A stretch of DNA of 63,770 nt, filler included, from Choristocarpus tenellus KU-1152 (Eukaryota; Protista; Phaeophyceae), in the NCBI GenBank assembly GCA_964200185.2. It is 10 parts of 10 records of this genome, joined end to end, with 100 filler letters (N's around TTAATTAATTAA, not from the genome) between each part and the next. Parts side by side here need not be neighbours in the genome. Positions count along the whole stretch, not along the records: positions 41,538 to 55,829 come from CAXNAD020001235.1; positions 55,930 to 59,961 come from CAXNAD020016578.1; positions 60,062 to 63,770 come from CAXNAD020018389.1; 7 more parts are not named here. One strand, written 5' to 3'. How positions within the stretch are numbered: position 1 is the first letter of the stretch; each line of letters begins with the position of its first letter. The notes beneath the pieces are model-generated. The model searched no databases and was not told where the DNA came from. It worked only from the letters and a program-made list of their open reading frames with translations. The position numbers were made by a program, and so were the translations under genes. Below are positions 50,362-63,770 of this stretch, in pieces.

Positions 50362-53214
50362 ATGCTCAGCTTTGTGCATGTAGTCGGGCTGCTTAGTTCC
50401 GCTTCAAGGTTCGTACGCTGTTTGTCGCCCCAAATTGCATCCATTTCAGCGAACGGAGGAGTACGACACACGATGTCAAAGATGATCGACATTGGAGCCA
50501 ACCTTCTCGATCCCTGCTTTCAGGGAAGGTACCACGGCGGATCGCAAAAGCACGAGCCGGATCTGGATGACGTTATAGAGAGAGCTATAAATGCTGGAGT
50601 GGGGAAGGTGATGCCTCGAGGGGACTGAAGAGACGTTCTCGAATAAATGCTATCAACAAAGACGAGCAATATTGACTTGTTACTTGAGTTAGAGGATTTA
50701 CTTGGAGAGGAGTGTTAATCGGAGGTGATATCATTCCATGGTCACTAACTACTTTAAATTCTTCACACGCTGGCGCAAATCTATCGTAGAAGTCGTGCGA
50801 CAGCGGAAGCATCCTTACCCACCCTAGAGTCCTGACCGCAGAGTTTATCTGTCCTTGCCGAATTGCAGATGATCGTGACTGCGGGAAGCCTACAAGAGGC
50901 CAAGGACGCCTTAGAGTTATCTTCAAAGTATCCCTGCCTTTACAGCACTGTCGGCGTGCACCCCACTCGCTCCTCCGAGTTTTCTGCCGATGGAGATCCC
51001 GAAGCACACTTGGCTGCCCTATTGGGAATCCTGAAGGCGGGAAAGTCCACTGGCAAGGTGGCTCAAGGTGGTCGGTTGTGGTATTGTTGCATAGATCCGA
51101 GTCTACCTAAGTCTTTTTTGTCAGAATCAATGTTTGCGAGGGCTGGGGAGGTACGTACGGCATCCCATTACGTTGCCTTCATTATGTGTCACAGATGGGT
51201 CTGTTATTGATGCTCAACTTCAGTGTATCAGTGTTGATTCTGCTCTCTCGGTCCTTGAACGCCTGTGGCACCCCACTTCAACGTGAACTGATATCCATTT
51301 AGTACAGGTCACATCTGCCTGTCCTGCTAGGTTCACTTTCTGCGTGATTCTAACACCGTCCAATCCTTCCAGTTCCACATGTGAAATGTACTCTCTTCAG
51401 CACCTGCACTCGGTGCTTTGCTCTATGTTTCTCAATCTACGAAATCCCTGTGTCTACGGCCTACTCGCCAGGTGGTTGCTGTGGGGGAATGCGGACTGGA
51501 CTATGATCGACTTCAGTTCTGCTCAAAAGAGGAACAGGTGAGCACCCAAACAAGAGAACACACAACAGAGAACTAGGTTATTGGTGTATCTAGAATGATA
51601 ACAGCTACATCCCTGAGACACTGTCATCTTTAGTTAACTTCCACTAGTCTGTGCTTATCATGTTTTTTTGGCAGCAACCGCGCCTGCTACTCGTTATCTC
51701 AATCTTGTTGACTTCGCAGCATGTTGCCATACCTCAATCAGATGACAAAATCACTTTGCCTTTCCTGATCTAGCCCGGTTCACCTCATCAAAACCTCGAG
51801 ACCAGTTGCCTGCGCAACACAATCCTGCATGTTAACTCGCTGGCCTTCACTCTACGCACAGCTGGCAGGATTTGAACTTCAGTTTGAGCTGTCAGCAGAG
51901 AGTGGCCTCCCCATCTTCTTCCATTCTCGGGCTAGTGCAACAGACTTCTTGGGAGTTGTTGGTAAGAATAGAGACCGCTTCTCTGGCGGTGTGGTTCACT
52001 CCTTCGATGGAACTCAAGCAGAGGCACAGGATCTGGTAGACATGGGTGAGTTGTCTGCATCTCTAGGTGAAAGTTTTGCACGGGAAAGTGGCGTATCTAC
52101 TGCAATACTGTTGGGGTGAAGGCAACCCCCCCCCTCCCCGGGTGAAAGTCTTAACAGCGAACTTGGTGGAGGGTAGGAAAGATTTTTGAGAGGTGGGAAG
52201 CGAGAGACTTTGGTAGAGGTGAACTGTAGTGTGTGCGGGGGTCCTTCGTAAATTTACTGTGAGGATTGAGCCTGTACATTAGGTGGCTCCTGATGCTTCA
52301 TTTGCACGTATCTGCCCCAAGTGTAGTGTAGTCAAGTCAAGTTGCTAAGAACAAAGGGGTGACGGTGCATAAATGCTACACTGATTGAAGATACTGCTGT
52401 AGACTTGAGGAGCAGCTTTCCGAGTCCCTTTAATGGTGGATATGTACATGGCATGCAACAAAGATCTCCTGTCATCTGGCAAATTGTGTGAAGAGCTTGG
52501 TTCCCTGGTTTAAAACTATCATACCCAGACAAGCATTGGTACTGCTCTCTCCATGAAGCGCCTTCCTTTCCTCTCTACCTTGCCTAATACGTTATCACAT
52601 TGTGTCCTGCTCCCTGTCCCCAACACCATCCGACAGGTCTCTACATAGGCATCAACGGGTGCTCTCTGAAGACAGAGGAGAACCTCGAGGCAAGCATCCT
52701 TTCACATCATGCCCATCTGCCGTATACCCCGAGTTCCACTTCCTGCCTTTTACCGCCTAGTATGGACTCGATACACGCAATCACACAACGCCTTCCTCAT
52801 GTTATCAAACCACAGTAATGCAGATCGACCTGTGGCCTTTCCCCCCCAACTTCCGACACTTGTTTTTTTCCTTCATCTTCCTCACGCGAACCTAAATATA
52901 CCTCTTTCGTGTGTGCTTGCATGAGCCAATAACAGGTTGTGAGGTCAATCCCTTCTGATTGGCTGATGCTAGAGACAGACAGTCCCTGGTGTGAAATACG
53001 CCCATCCCATGCTGGATCTGGCTTCATTCGTACTAAACTTCCGTGCAAAAAAAAAGAGAAGTTTGAGGCAGGGGTGTGTGTCAAGGGCAGGCAGGAGCCC
53101 TGTCACATGGTACAAGTCCTAGAGGTAGTGGCAGCAGTGAGGGGGGAGGACGAGGGAGAGCTGGGCCGACAAGTGCTAGAGAACACGCAGCGCTTGTTCT
53201 TTCCGTCAGATTAG
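50362..53214 (+). CDS. TATDN1: TatD-family deoxyribonuclease (TATDN1-like), complete
   Basis: Exons 50362-50607, 50869-51057, 51472-51537, 51862-52045, 52637-52689 and 52936-53214. Motifs: [71 protein letters not shown]. The start may be a downstream ATG. Confidence 0.95.
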
Positions 53215-56143
53215 GGAGGGGTTGAGAAACGCCCTACAAAAGAGTATCCCCTGCTGTGATGGAGTGTAAGGATTGCTGTGATACTTAAGTGAGGCCGTGT
53301 GTGTTGTTCGATGATGCTGTTTGTTTGATCTTGTTAGTGTTGTGGCTGTGTCCAGTAGGAGTAGCTGGAAGGGTGATGATTCACGAGTCAAATGAGTGAA
53401 CAAGTGTGACTGTGTGTGTGTGTGTGTGTGAAGTATTGCACAATCGAGCTCCCAACTTTGTGGACATTAATTTGGTGTGTTTTCTTCTCAAGTAGTGTAG
53501 TCTGACTATTTTGATTTGTGTAGTGAGTGTGTTGGTGCAGAGATCACTACTTTTGTCAAAGTACTGTTTGGTTGTGGCAGTGACAAATGCAAGAGTTTAT
53601 TGTATTTATTATTTATATTTATTGTAGGCGCCAACAGAACTCCCGATTTTATAGGGTCTATGTACATACTATGTATCTCTGTGTGTGTGTGAGATAATTA
53701 TTTGAATTGTTCCGGTTCGGTGCCCCCGTGCTTCACACCTTCAAGGAAATTTCTTTGAAATTTCTCAACCTCTTGTTCCAAAACTCAATGGACGCTCCTA
53801 GTTTCTTGCAATACTGGTGTCAACAAAGCTGCAAGGATTCTGCCAGATGCTGTTGGCCATAGGACTGTAAATGCTGCATAGTGTGTACCAAAATACTTTG
53901 AAATGCTCATTGTAACAAGATGCTTCCAGTAGTGTGCACTAGTTGTCATCTGTGTACATGCTAATGTGAATCTATTTTGATATATATACTTAAATTTTTG
54001 GCGCTAGATGATTTGTGCAATCAGGTGTGATACATCTCACCTTCTTTGATCATGGATCTAGTAAGTGTAGGTTTGCAGTGGTATCCAGATAGAAGAGAAA
54101 AAGGTTAAGGGGCAAGAAGTGTGTCATTGTATTCCTTGGTACTTGGAAGTACTCAATACTGAATGTAAGATTTTTTGGGGACCTGCGTATTTACAATAGA
54201 ATCGTTTTTCTACCTAGTCAGACACTGGTCTCAGGTAGATGGGAATGAGTGTTTTTTTCTAAGGCGTCAAAAGTAGCTTGAGAGGGGGAGGTGTAACACT
54301 GTGTTGTATGGTTATGTTCTGGTGGTACATGTTGATAGGTTATACAGGCCACGCCTGTGAAATTCACTTTGGCTTTCTCAGTGGTACATCCAGTTTACAC
54401 AATCAAGTCATCATTATCAACACTCAATTTCAAACGCCTTCACCTTCTAAAACTCCTATTAGAACTACAAATACTCAAAACATACATAAACACACACACC
54501 CCTATCTCAATTACTTTTACCCAAGGGTGCTCACTCCTCTAAACAATAGTCTTCCAAGCTCGCCATGGAAATAACCAATACATTTACGCACAAGTCTTAG
54601 GAGGTGATTTTATTTTTTTGCTGCCCCTACAGTTTGTCCAATACATTTCAGTCCTATACCAGGAAGTAGTATGACGATCCCCCATTGTAGAAGACGTCAA
54701 ACTAACAACAAAAATAAGCTGGAATACTAGCAAAGACCCTCAATTTGTCAGGGGGTGATCATCAAGCATCAAGAAACATTTCATTTTGGTTCAATCTTCC
54801 GTCGTTGATATTATTATTATTATTATTTATTGAGCAAGATTGTCCCTCATTGTTGTATTGTATATAACACTCAATTCTGAAGCATTTTTTTCATATAGTA
54901 CATGCATCAAAATGACATCACAGTGCACAGATTCCCACAGTTAAGTTAAGGGTTAAGGCTAACCTGTGCATAACACGAGTAAACCAAGGTGGTGGAAAAG
55001 AATCATATTCACAAAAAAAAATCTACTACAAGGAATGAAACAGGAACCCTTGGCTACTATACCAACCCTACATGGTTGAGTTATCTATCACAATTTGTAC
55101 TGAACAGGTCTCCTAGACTCCTCACTGACTCCCCAAACACAGGGATAAGGTAAACCCCTGCTGCTGTAATGCATACTCCCATCACGTCCAAGGACGCCTG
55201 CCATAGTCATCCCTGCAGACCTTGCCCCACCACCCCTGCAGCAAGGGCAAGTTCTCTCCAACGCTAGCAAATGAGGCACCAGCAGGAGACCTTCAAAGCA
55301 ATATGTAGAACAACAGAAGACTGAATGGTTCTGTACCATCCCAGGCAAAGAAAACAAAAATGACAGTTACAAGGCTTACCCTTCTGCACACCTTCAAAAC
55401 AACCTTGACGACAGCAGGAAGATCAGGTTAGGTTTGGAGGACAAGCATCGTCCACTGCACAGCCCAACCAACAACCAGTTAACACAATCAAGGAAAACAC
55501 TAATGGCACCAACAGGAGGACAAAGCCCAAGCCCTTCAAACGTGTTTAGTACTAAAGAGTCAATAGATACACAAAGAAAAAAGAGAGTGTGAAAATATAA
55601 TAAAAAAAACCTTTGCCCTCCCCCTGCCGTCCCTTCCAAGTCCAGCGCCCCAGAACATACAAAGCATAGAGGCACAAAAAATGACAACAAAGACATACAT
55701 CACAACAACCAATAAATACAAATACAAGAGAAGGTCGCTTTAAACCCGCATGCCAGATGCCAGATATCCCCCCCCCCCCCTCAGCCTCTCCACACTACCA
55801 GCAATCCTATTTCCTATACTTCACTTTATNNNNNNNNNNNNNNNNNNNNNNNNNNNNNNNNNNNNNNNNNNNNTTAATTAATTAANNNNNNNNNNNNNNN
55901 NNNNNNNNNNNNNNNNNNNNNNNNNNNNNCCCCCCCCCCATAAAAAGAAGTTCAAAATTGATGCCGGTAATATAACCTCCATGGGGTAGTGTTTCACACA
56001 ATACTTCAAAAGTTAAAAGCACAACATTTTTTCTTCATATACATATATATATATATATATATACATACATATGTTAGATATAAATATCACTACCACAATA
56101 AATATCTGTGGTTTCAGATATTTCTTTTTCCAATTCAATTCAC

Positions 56144-57427
56144 CTGGCGTGTCTACGATAGAGATGTTCCGGAGGACAGGGGAGGTGAGCTGACTGGCCT
56201 CAAACTTGTTGAGAAAAGCCACTCCAAAGCGATCCAAACCCCGGTAGGGCAGGTTTGGTGATACTGTGAGGGCGTTTCCTGGAATGACCCGCTCATCTGG
56301 CCCATCCATCACAGCCACGAAGCGGTCTGTGGTGGGCTCCGGTCCAATGCGCTGCCCAGGAAAATCGCGACCCAGAAGGTAGCGAATGAACTGGCAATGA
56401 CAAGACAACACGAGATAAGGCATAAAGAGTCTTATGTAAAAGAGGTATTGGGCAATGGAATGGGAAACCTAAAGGTAGCTGCCTAAGGTTGGGGCCAAAG
56501 CGTTTTCTTCATCTTGCTTTGTAAGTTTGTACGAACTAGCAAGACTGCGATCAGTTAGTGAAGCATCGATTTTCGGTGTGGGTGGAAGATGGAACAACTG
56601 TATAGCACTAACCTTTCTGTGTGAGTGGGGTGGGAATGTGGCAGAACGTGTTCAACTCGATAGATGGGGTGCAGGTGTGGTATGTAGGTGAAGGAATGAG
56701 TCGGGGTCAGGGTTCGGGCACTAAAAAATAAAAACTACGGTATGTTCAGGCAAAGACCAGTGGGAATCCTAGAAGGGGGGGGGAAATGGAGCTAGTAATT
56801 GGTGCAACGCCCGCTACTGTAGCTTCAGGACGGGATTGTGTAGTGTACATTTGAAGGCCAAGTTGTATGAGTTTGTAGGAGATCCACTGTGTAAGCCCAT
56901 GCGACTGCACTGTGGTTGAAGTTGCCCTCAAAGGAAACCAAACATTGAAGGTTGTGTTGGCGACGAAGAGGGGATCACCATCAGGTAGTTGAAATAAACA
57001 GGTATTAAGAGGTGAGAGAATGATACATTCACAATTGAGGACTCATTAGAAAGTAGCAACGCGAAGCTGGAGACAGTGACACCGAGGACAAGGAAGCAGA
57101 GCTTCCTCAATTGGAAATAAGCGCAACTAGAGTAGAGGGTGCAACCGAAGGCTGTCCTTCCTCGAAGAAACATAAATCGCAGGGAATGACTTAAATCTGG
57201 GCAAGGAATGGGTGCAATAAGGAATGTCTTGCCGATGTTTTTCCCGTCGAGTATTGACCACACATCAGAACTTGTGGCTTGCTGTCGAACTCGCTGTCCG
57301 TGAGGGGTGGCGAGTGAAAATATTCAAACATGTATGTCCGCTCCAGGGGTTTCATTTTGGTGTGGTACACTCGTTTTAGACCCTCAATGACGGCCTTGGT
57401 CGCCTCATCCTGATCGGCCATAGACAT
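56144..57427 (-). CDS. EH-domain-containing dynamin-like ATPase (EHD/RME-1), first two coding exons
   Basis: Exons 57427-57233 (GLKRVY..KPLE..FHSPPLTDSEFDSKPQVLMCGQYSTGKTS, GC donor) and 56390-56144 (FIRYLLGRDFPGQRIGPEPTTDRF..IPGNAL..FLNKFE..IVDTPG). Confidence 0.95.
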
Positions 57428-58262
57428 GGTGGCGAGGACCTTTGAAGGAACCCCTTGGGAACCTGAGCGACAATTTCACCGTCAAGGTGGTGGAGCGTAA
57501 GATCAGATATTGAGAGAGAAGCATGGGCAGCAAGGAGGAACAACTGAACAAAAAACGGTACACCAAGGACAACTTGTACTTGTGTTTTTGGCTTCTCTCG
57601 TTCAACCACGAACAAAACACTCACAAACCTAACAACAATCCTTCAGTGCCTACACTAGCGATACGTCGAAAAGGTGGTACTGACCTTAATAGCCTGCCGG
57701 CACTCGAAAAATGGTCTACTCTAAGCTCTGAGGAAGAGGATCCCAAACTGGAAAGTGAGCTAAACCATAAATTGTACGAAGGCGTCTGCACCTTCACGTT
57801 CCATAAAAACCTTTGGAGATCCATTGACCTGTTTATAGACGAAATTTGCTCACAAGTCCACATCAAAGGCAGGTGAGAAATTCCATTCTCCAAGGAAGGC
57901 AGAGCGTTGTATCTGGTAAGAGATATGTGTTTGATCCTATGCAGCCCTATGCAAAAGTTCTTGTGTAGACCTGGCGCAGCAGGTGTGGGAGGAATGGGAG
58001 TGTCAGGAACGCTTTGCGAGATCTCCCAAGTCAATTCTGAGCTGTGATACTAGGCTGTGCTTAGAGTATGGAAAGAAAGTATCGATTCTCGCCTACTTAA
58101 GTCTCCCCTCTGCTATGCCCTGCCACTTACCAGAGGCGATTGACCTCTTGTGCCCGCCGTACTTGGAACCACTACTGGTGTTCCACTTCCAGGCCAGGCT
58201 TCTATTTGGACTCGGCAGTCTGAATCAAGGGAGAGGCGGTCCTCTTTGCTTGATCTTCGACC

Positions 58263-58964
58263 ATGTCTTACATGACGCAGCCTGGGATCATCCTCCTCCG
58301 GGAAGGTACCGACTCCAGTCAGGGCAAGGCGCAGCTGATATCCAATATTAACGCTTGTCAGGTGATGCGAATCGAATCGTGAGAGTGGATGGTCAGCGAG
58401 AGGGCATGGTAAATGGTGACCAGCGCATGACAAGCTATGATGAGCGGATTCGAAGCGCGTTGATACGTACAATATGAGCAAAGGATCTCTGGCGTGCTTA
58501 AGACTCTGTATCTCTCTAGTACCATGTGTACCCCTAAACGCACAGGGAATACGGTTTTCTCCCCCTTCGCGCTTGTCATGAATATCTATTTTTCAGTGAG
58601 AGAAGTGTTCTTCATCTAAACTGTTGGTGATTATTTAAATTCAGCGCGATAAGTCGCTTTCTTACTCTCGTCCCTTCTTCATGCCCTTTTCTCGGTCCTC
58701 TTCTTGGGCACCCTCCTTGAGGTGAGCATTGCTATGTAATGATGAAACGCTAACTGTAGTTGTGGATCTATGTTCTGTTTTTTTATGAAGGCGGTGATGG
58801 ACACGTTAAGGTCAACCCTCGGCCCTAGGGGCATGGACAAGCTGATCTTCGATGGCCAGAAAGTGACAATATCCAATGATGGAGCCACCATAATGCGCCT
58901 CCTCGACATAGCTCACCCTGCTGCCAAGACCCTTGTCGACATCTCTATGTCGCAGGACGCGGAG
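58263..58964 (+). CDS. CCT7: T-complex protein 1 subunit eta, first two exons
   Basis: Exons 58263-58361 ([33 protein letters not shown]) and 58791-58964 ([51 protein letters not shown]). Confidence 0.95.
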
Positions 58965-60061
58965 GTGGGTCCACTCTCTTGGTTTTATTCCCGGGGTGTG
59001 AGCAATAAGGACTGAATAGGGGGGTATTGATCAACACAGCTCATTCAAGCATTGATTATTTCGCCTCACCTTATTATGTACACATTCGATATGGTGTGCT
59101 CTATATGCAAACCTCAAGAAATGTTGAGAGTGCACCTTTTTCAACCCGTAGCGATAGGCAACCATGCCCTCCATTACAATACAATGTAACCAATTGTTTC
59201 CGTTGAGTTAGGGTGTTGAAGTTGCATGGCGTACTTGTGTAGTTTGAAATTGCATAGGCGGAGTGACTCGCAAACAAAGGACTTTTGACACACATCAGTA
59301 CTGGAGTTGTATGAGAAGTTACCAGAAGAATCATGCCCCTTTTACGGCATTGAATATCTGATTTTCAGTAATTCAAATTCGTGACGAGGTGATGAGGGCA
59401 GTGTGAACAGATTGAGTCTTGACAGTCAGAATTGTGTGCTTTCTTGATGCGGTGTTGCCGGCGAGGTTTACATTGCTCCGTGGGCTTTGCAAGCGCGCTC
59501 CACTGTTTAGGTTTAGAGAGGAAGAGAAGAAGCTAAACGTGGATTTGATCTTGATTTCTTCTGCCTGCATTTCGATTCGATTAGGAACTTGCTCTGAAAG
59601 ACACACAGCGATAACTCAAAAAACCTTTTTCTTTTTTATTCTTGACTATTGTAGAGAGAAGAAATCGAATCCCCCCCCTCCCCTTTCCTGCCTCTAGACC
59701 TTCCTAATCTGTACACAGCCGAGTTCATCAGTTACATTGTGCCCGGTGAAACGAAGCCATCTCGTACCCGACTAGAAACGCCTCCAGTGAGTGTTCGTCT
59801 CTGACTGAGCTTTCAACTCGCTGTGAGTGTTCAAGCTCACAACTCCATGAATCGATTGACATCGTCGATCTGCCACGTGCTAGAGGTGCACCGCCGAGAG
59901 CATCAGTCTTAACTGTTGTCACGGAGTCCTTTTTTCACCCACCGGTTAATATCCTGGGGGGNNNNNNNNNNNNNNNNNNNNNNNNNNNNNNNNNNNNNNN
60001 NNNNNTTAATTAATTAANNNNNNNNNNNNNNNNNNNNNNNNNNNNNNNNNNNNNNNNNNNN

Positions 60062-60132
60062 ACATCAAAATTGCAGCGTTGGATTTTGGCCCCCAAATGG
60101 ACGCGGCTCTACCCTCTAAGATACTTTGACTC
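60062..60132 (-). mobile_element. MITE family A terminal fragment at the contig start
   Basis: ccccaaatggacgcggctctaccctctaagatactttgactc. Confidence 0.8.
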
Positions 60133-61372
60133 GTGAAAGATGACGTGGAATATGTAAATCCTAGCAAGCCACATTTGCCAATACTCACCACGGTATCTAA
60201 GTCGTAGCCGCCAGCCAAGGTTCTCAAGACTGAGTCAAGATGCTCATCCTCCAGATTAAAAGAGTCTGCAACAGAGGGGGGCATGTTGTGCTCCGAAATA
60301 AAAGCTGGCCTGTTTAGCAGATCAATCCTTACTCGGCTTTCCACAGTATCCCGCACAGGATGAATAGACAGAGAGGCCATGGATAGGAACGGATGAGGGG
60401 ACACTCTTTGACAGCAGTTCACAATAAAAGTGTGCGAAAAAGAACGTCCATGAGAGAGAAAAGTGTCCCTAACGTACTCGTTTTTCTCCTCACACATGGG
60501 AGCGTATGTATGTAAATGTATATTTGTATGAAAAGTTGATGTGTCGTACAAACTATCCATCTTGTATGTCCAGTTTATTGTGGAAACAAGTACGTGTCAT
60601 GGGCAAAGAACTCTCATCAATCGTAGGTGGTGCGAAGCCACATCCTACACTACAAGTGTTCATTGGTGATGAGCATAAAAGTGTGAACCGACCTGGAGGA
60701 GAGACATACGCCAACGTTGGGTAAAGCACTCAACCAGACGCTTCTCAGTGTATCCCTCATCCACCGCCTTGTGTTATACACCCCCATCTTTCCGTTGGTG
60801 CAGAAGGGTCGCCTCCGGCAAGTTACTTGCCCCATTAGTCAACATGATTCTGTCCTTAATCGAGGTGTACCTGTTAAGAAGAGAGCACTGGAGTAGTGCG
60901 TGTTTAAAGATGAAAAGTGAGTCCATGGAACTTACATTATAGGGCAAGGATAGGACACATGATTAAAACGAATATTTGGAGAAAACAAGAACATGCAGGT
61001 AACACAGAGGTGGTGGAGGCCACAATGGAGGCATTCGATGTACACCTGGGAGACACTAGAACAACAGGAAAGAAGGTGAAAGAAACGCCAATATCGGTCG
61101 AAACTAAGGCACTCAAACCACAACGGGGGGTTGACCTTGGCCCAAGCTGGTAGTGGAAAGAAGGAGTGGTTGCAACTTCCGACAAACTCTGCAAAAGGTT
61201 TATACCGGGAGATGTTTTGCAAGTCCTGAGCAAGGCAAGGGAAGTCAATGCGAGGGAGGAGCATGCTCTGCAACCTCAGGTGGCCTCTGCTGTATTTCCT
61301 ACTACTGGAGGTGCTATTACTAGCACTACTACTACTACTGCTACGACAGAGGCTGCAATTTGTGGTTGAATA

Positions 61373-61630
61373 GAGCCAAACCAAATGAGAGGTAGGCAGG
61401 TTTGGACCCTTTTGCATCCAATTCATCTTTCTTACCCTGTGCCATACACTCTATTTCATTGCTTTATGTGAACAATAGTGTACACAAAATTGCTACTTCC
61501 CCTTTCCACACACAATATGATACATCAATTATGCAAAGGCTCCTTCTACAATTGTACAAAATGGCATATTCTTGCCCTTTCTCGGGATCCTTAAAGTGCA
61601 ACCCTGCCTACCTCTCAACTGGTTTGACTC
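61373..61630 (+). mobile_element. MITE family B copy (258 bp)
   Basis: TIR gagccaaaccaaatgagaggtaggcagg...cctgcctacctctcaactggtttgactc. No TSD preserved. Confidence 0.82.
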
Positions 61631-62046
61631 ACATTGAATGAACAAGGAATTTATGTTGGTACCCAGCATTCGTTGATGTTTATTTCCCCACTCTTTTCTT
61701 ATTGTATTATTCCTCACCTCCCTGCTTTGTTGTGGACACCTACCTCCCATGTTGTCCTCCTCCTGTGCTTATTGGTGGATGGGGTAGGCTCACTCATACC
61801 ACTGGTACTATCGTTTCTCTTCTGCTCTATCTTATTACTTGCTTTTTTATAGTCTTCAGTTACAGTTTTTTTTCTACCTCCTTCTTTAGTCAAATTTTGA
61901 AGCCTTATCGCTGCTTCCGGGATTGTTGAAGAGGGCACACTGAATGCAGGCATCGTGATAGAAACAACCAATTGATAATGATGTGTGTGTGTGTGTGTGT
62001 GTTTGTCATTGTCGACCTCTCGTATTCACAATCCATTCATAGTTGA

Positions 62047-62304
62047 GAGCCAAAGTATCTTAGAGGGTAGAGCTGCGTCCATGTGGGAGCCTAAATCCAT
62101 TGCTGCGATTTCGATATAATTTTGGCTATCGTGTTTGTTAGGAAGTGTCAACATCCTTGTTCCTGACACACCTTCTAATAACGTGTACATTTTACCTTCT
62201 CCGAAATATTTTGGAGTAGGAAAATGTCGTAAGAACCCCGAGGGAAGCCAAGTCCCAAATGGACAAACAGGGAGAAACTCGTACCCTCTAAGATAATTTA
62301 GCTC
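62047..62304 (+). mobile_element. MITE family A copy (258 bp) with 4-bp TSD TTGA
   Basis: ttga|gagccaaagtatcttagagggtagag...gtaccctctaagataatttagctc|ttga. Confidence 0.9.
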
Positions 62305-63640
62305 TTGAGAGATAAGGACAACCTCCTCACTACAAAAAATGTGTTGGTACACTACACCTCCCTCTCTTGTGTCATAAACGATATTATTGCTATTAGTGGT
62401 CCTTCTGCGTTCAAGATTTTCTCCTTCCTGTGAGTTACCTCAGATTGTTGTTGTAGCTGCACATATCCATTTGGGACTTTGGTGGTATATGAGCGTAATA
62501 GGCCGATATGGGTTAGTAATGTTTGTTGTTCTTGATGTTGTTGGATGGTGAGAGCCTGTTGTGGTTGTGGTTGTAGTTGCTGTTGTTATGTTGTTATGTT
62601 GTTATGTTGTATTGCCACAGCCGGCAGTGAGTAGTTTGACGTTGTGTACCCATTTAACATTACCAACACCTAGTACTAGTATTACTACTTCTACCACTAT
62701 TGTTGTTGTAATTCTACACAACAACAAAGATAATTGGTTACTAGTAGGAACGGCGTAGAGAAAAAGCGGACTTGCAGATATTGATCATAATGTGTTTGCA
62801 GGTGTCAGTGTATGTAGTGATGGTAGTGGTAGCAGTTGCAGAACGGTAGTAAGGAGTAGTATTAACAATAATAGTGGCGCATAAAACAAAACACGACCAT
62901 AAAGAACATATAGGGAAAACGAACAGGAACAAACGGGCATCATCATCGTCAATGATAGAGGAGGTATTTACACACCTTAAGATGCTAACAAAGCATGCAC
63001 GCATGCACAACATGACACCGGAATGGACCTCATTTCAACAAGCTCCCTACAGCGACAAACAACACAATACATTAGAATGTTTCAATTTTGTTCCCTCTCA
63101 CAGAACTGAACGGCTAAAATGTTTTATTTTCTATTAATACCACTCTGGGTTTCAATGAGTCTCTGAATTCAGAAGCTTCGGTATTAATCATGGTATATAA
63201 AAAGTAGTATATTGAATATTGGTAATACTCGGAGTACATACTATATGTATGTAAGAACTGCCATGAATGAGATGCTGGAATTCTATGTGTGCTATATGCC
63301 ACAGTGTGTACGTGCAATATGTGAAGACATTGACTCATGCACATTAATTTGCATGCATGTGCAAGCATACAGACACAATGTGTACAACACATGGGTCCAG
63401 ATGAGAGTGTGTCGAGTTGTACCATTCTGATTTGTTGAGCAAAAAGTGTCATTGACAAGCCATAGCTTTAAGAGAGTGTATGTAGTAGTAGCACATATTT
63501 TGTGTAGTAGAACGAGCTTTGGGTGTGGTGGGCCCTACATTTTGCATCCAATATGATCGTGGACATTTCACTTAACTTGTGTGACAGTGAGCCATGGTGT
63601 CGGGTAGATGGGTAATTTTGGAGTGTGTACTGGAAGTAGA

Positions 63641-63703
63641 GAACCAAGCCAATTTAGAGGTAGGCAGGTTTGGACCCTTTTGCATTTTAAACCATCTTTC
63701 TTA
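63641..63703 (+). mobile_element. MITE family B 5' fragment, interrupted by the contig-end repeat
   Basis: agaggtaggcaggtttggacccttttgcat...catctttctta matches 61388-61434, then the sequence switches to aacagccgattt. Confidence 0.75.
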
Positions 63704-63770
63704 AACAGCCGATTTCAAAAATTGAGGATGGAGCTTTTCATTGAGGATGGGCTTGACCCAAAATTGACTG
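63704..63770 (+). repeat. Terminus of a high-copy repeat or transposon at the window end
   Basis: Near-identical to 5270-5340. Confidence 0.8.

Overview
Eukaryotic nuclear DNA from a photosynthetic stramenopile, probably a brown alga or close ochrophyte relative. Evidence: a Psb31 gene with an ASAF-type plastid-targeting leader, intron-rich genes and abundant interstitial TTAGGG repeats. The window is ten short contigs joined by artificial 100-nt spacers (N44-TTAATTAATTAA-N44), so adjacency across spacers means nothing. Spliced genes reconstructed by hand: VPS11 (5' part), a cyclin L/Q-like cyclin, DNA ligase I (3' part), Psb31, an AMBRA1-like WD40 protein, RPLP0, TATDN1, an EHD/RME-1 ATPase (5' part), CCT7 (5' part) and one unidentified gene fragment. 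Mobile DNA: a decayed DIRS-like tyrosine-recombinase retroelement interrupted by a young, internally deleted Copia element; two CRE/R2-like non-LTR remnants; two ~258-bp MITE families sharing GAGCCAAA termini; a hairpin-capped foldback element; a repeat that breaks three contigs; and a ~4-kb decayed, intronless, possibly viral island. I cannot support a complete novel biological system. The best leads are the equal-length MITE pair, the foldback element, the decayed island and an apparent excess of GC-AG introns. All protein calls come from motif recognition, not database searches.
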